DNA of 33,294 nucleotides from Octopus bimaculoides (taxonomy: Eukaryota). A program made the position numbers and the translations under genes. Below, in pieces: positions 32,876 through 33,294 of this stretch. Numbering within the stretch: position 1 is the stretch's first letter; the number at the start of each line of letters is the position of its first letter. Location: the NCBI RefSeq assembly GCF_001194135.2, contig NC_068987.1, forward strand, positions 67,118,470 through 67,151,763, given 5' to 3'. The notes under the pieces were generated by a model. It was not told the DNA's origin and did not search any database. It saw only the letters and a list, made by a program, of their open reading frames with translations.

Positions 32876-33294
32876 CATTACAAATACGTAGCTAGTTATA
32901 CTACAAGCTCGCCCACTTTACCATCTTAATCCGTAAAATCACCATTACCAAACAAGACCTTTGTTATCACAACAATCAACGTCACTGCTTCTCTTGCCAA
33001 CGCCATTGCAATATGCAACATTGCCAATATACTAACACAAGACCAGTGCTTCGACCAACACCAATAGTCCCATCCACTCCCTAACGCCCCCACCGTCGTC
33101 AACACCGCCTTCAGTACCAGCGCCACTATCACCACCATCACAACCACTGCCAGCACCACCAGCCCCTCCACCTCCTAACGCCGACACCACCACCACCACC
33201 ACCACCACCACAAATACCCTATTGCACTTTTGCGCATTATCAGTTTTCTTTTGTGTATTAAAAATTTTTTCATTTGTGTCATTTTTCTTTTCTT

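Noticed and set aside
213-33171. Supplied six-frame ORFs as host protein-coding genes
   Set aside because: They are translations of microsatellites, N gaps, SINEs or AT-rich noise. Only 9951-10262, 15824-16120, 21453-21650 and 29260-29514 have recognisable motifs, and all four are transposon remnants.
33036-33215. Proline-rich open frame (PPPSSTPPSVPAPLSPP...) resembling a formin FH1 region
   Set aside because: There is no start codon or credible splice sites, and it is continuous with decayed (CCA/CAC)n repeats next to the large triplet array.

Overview
AT-rich, gap-containing eukaryotic (metazoan) genomic DNA, most likely an Octopus draft scaffold. The organism is inferred from recognisable octopus-type tRNA-SINE families and the very high microsatellite load. 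No cellular protein-coding gene, RNA gene or CRISPR array can be supported. The supplied ORFs are microsatellite or N-gap artefacts, or fragments of dead transposons. Contents: about 20 tRNA-derived SINE copies or fragments (three families); decayed non-LTR retrotransposon pieces (HERO-like RLE 3' end, R4/Dong-like RT, RTE 3' end, possible CR1); DNA-transposon remnants (mariner N-terminus, an internally deleted DUF4817-type Tc1/mariner with TIRs, a Tigger-like MITE, a Helitron 3' end); two families of palindromic foldback elements; many simple repeats; seven N gaps (2,533 bp); and an Illumina adapter remnant at base 1. The most interesting structure is two independent SINE arrays in which head-to-tail copies are separated by repeated target-site-like spacers, suggesting serial insertion at the junction of a pre-existing copy. 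Also notable are a 139-bp locally templated insertion into a SINE and a foldback family whose two arms share copy-specific variants. Alignments and translations were done by eye, so identities are approximate.
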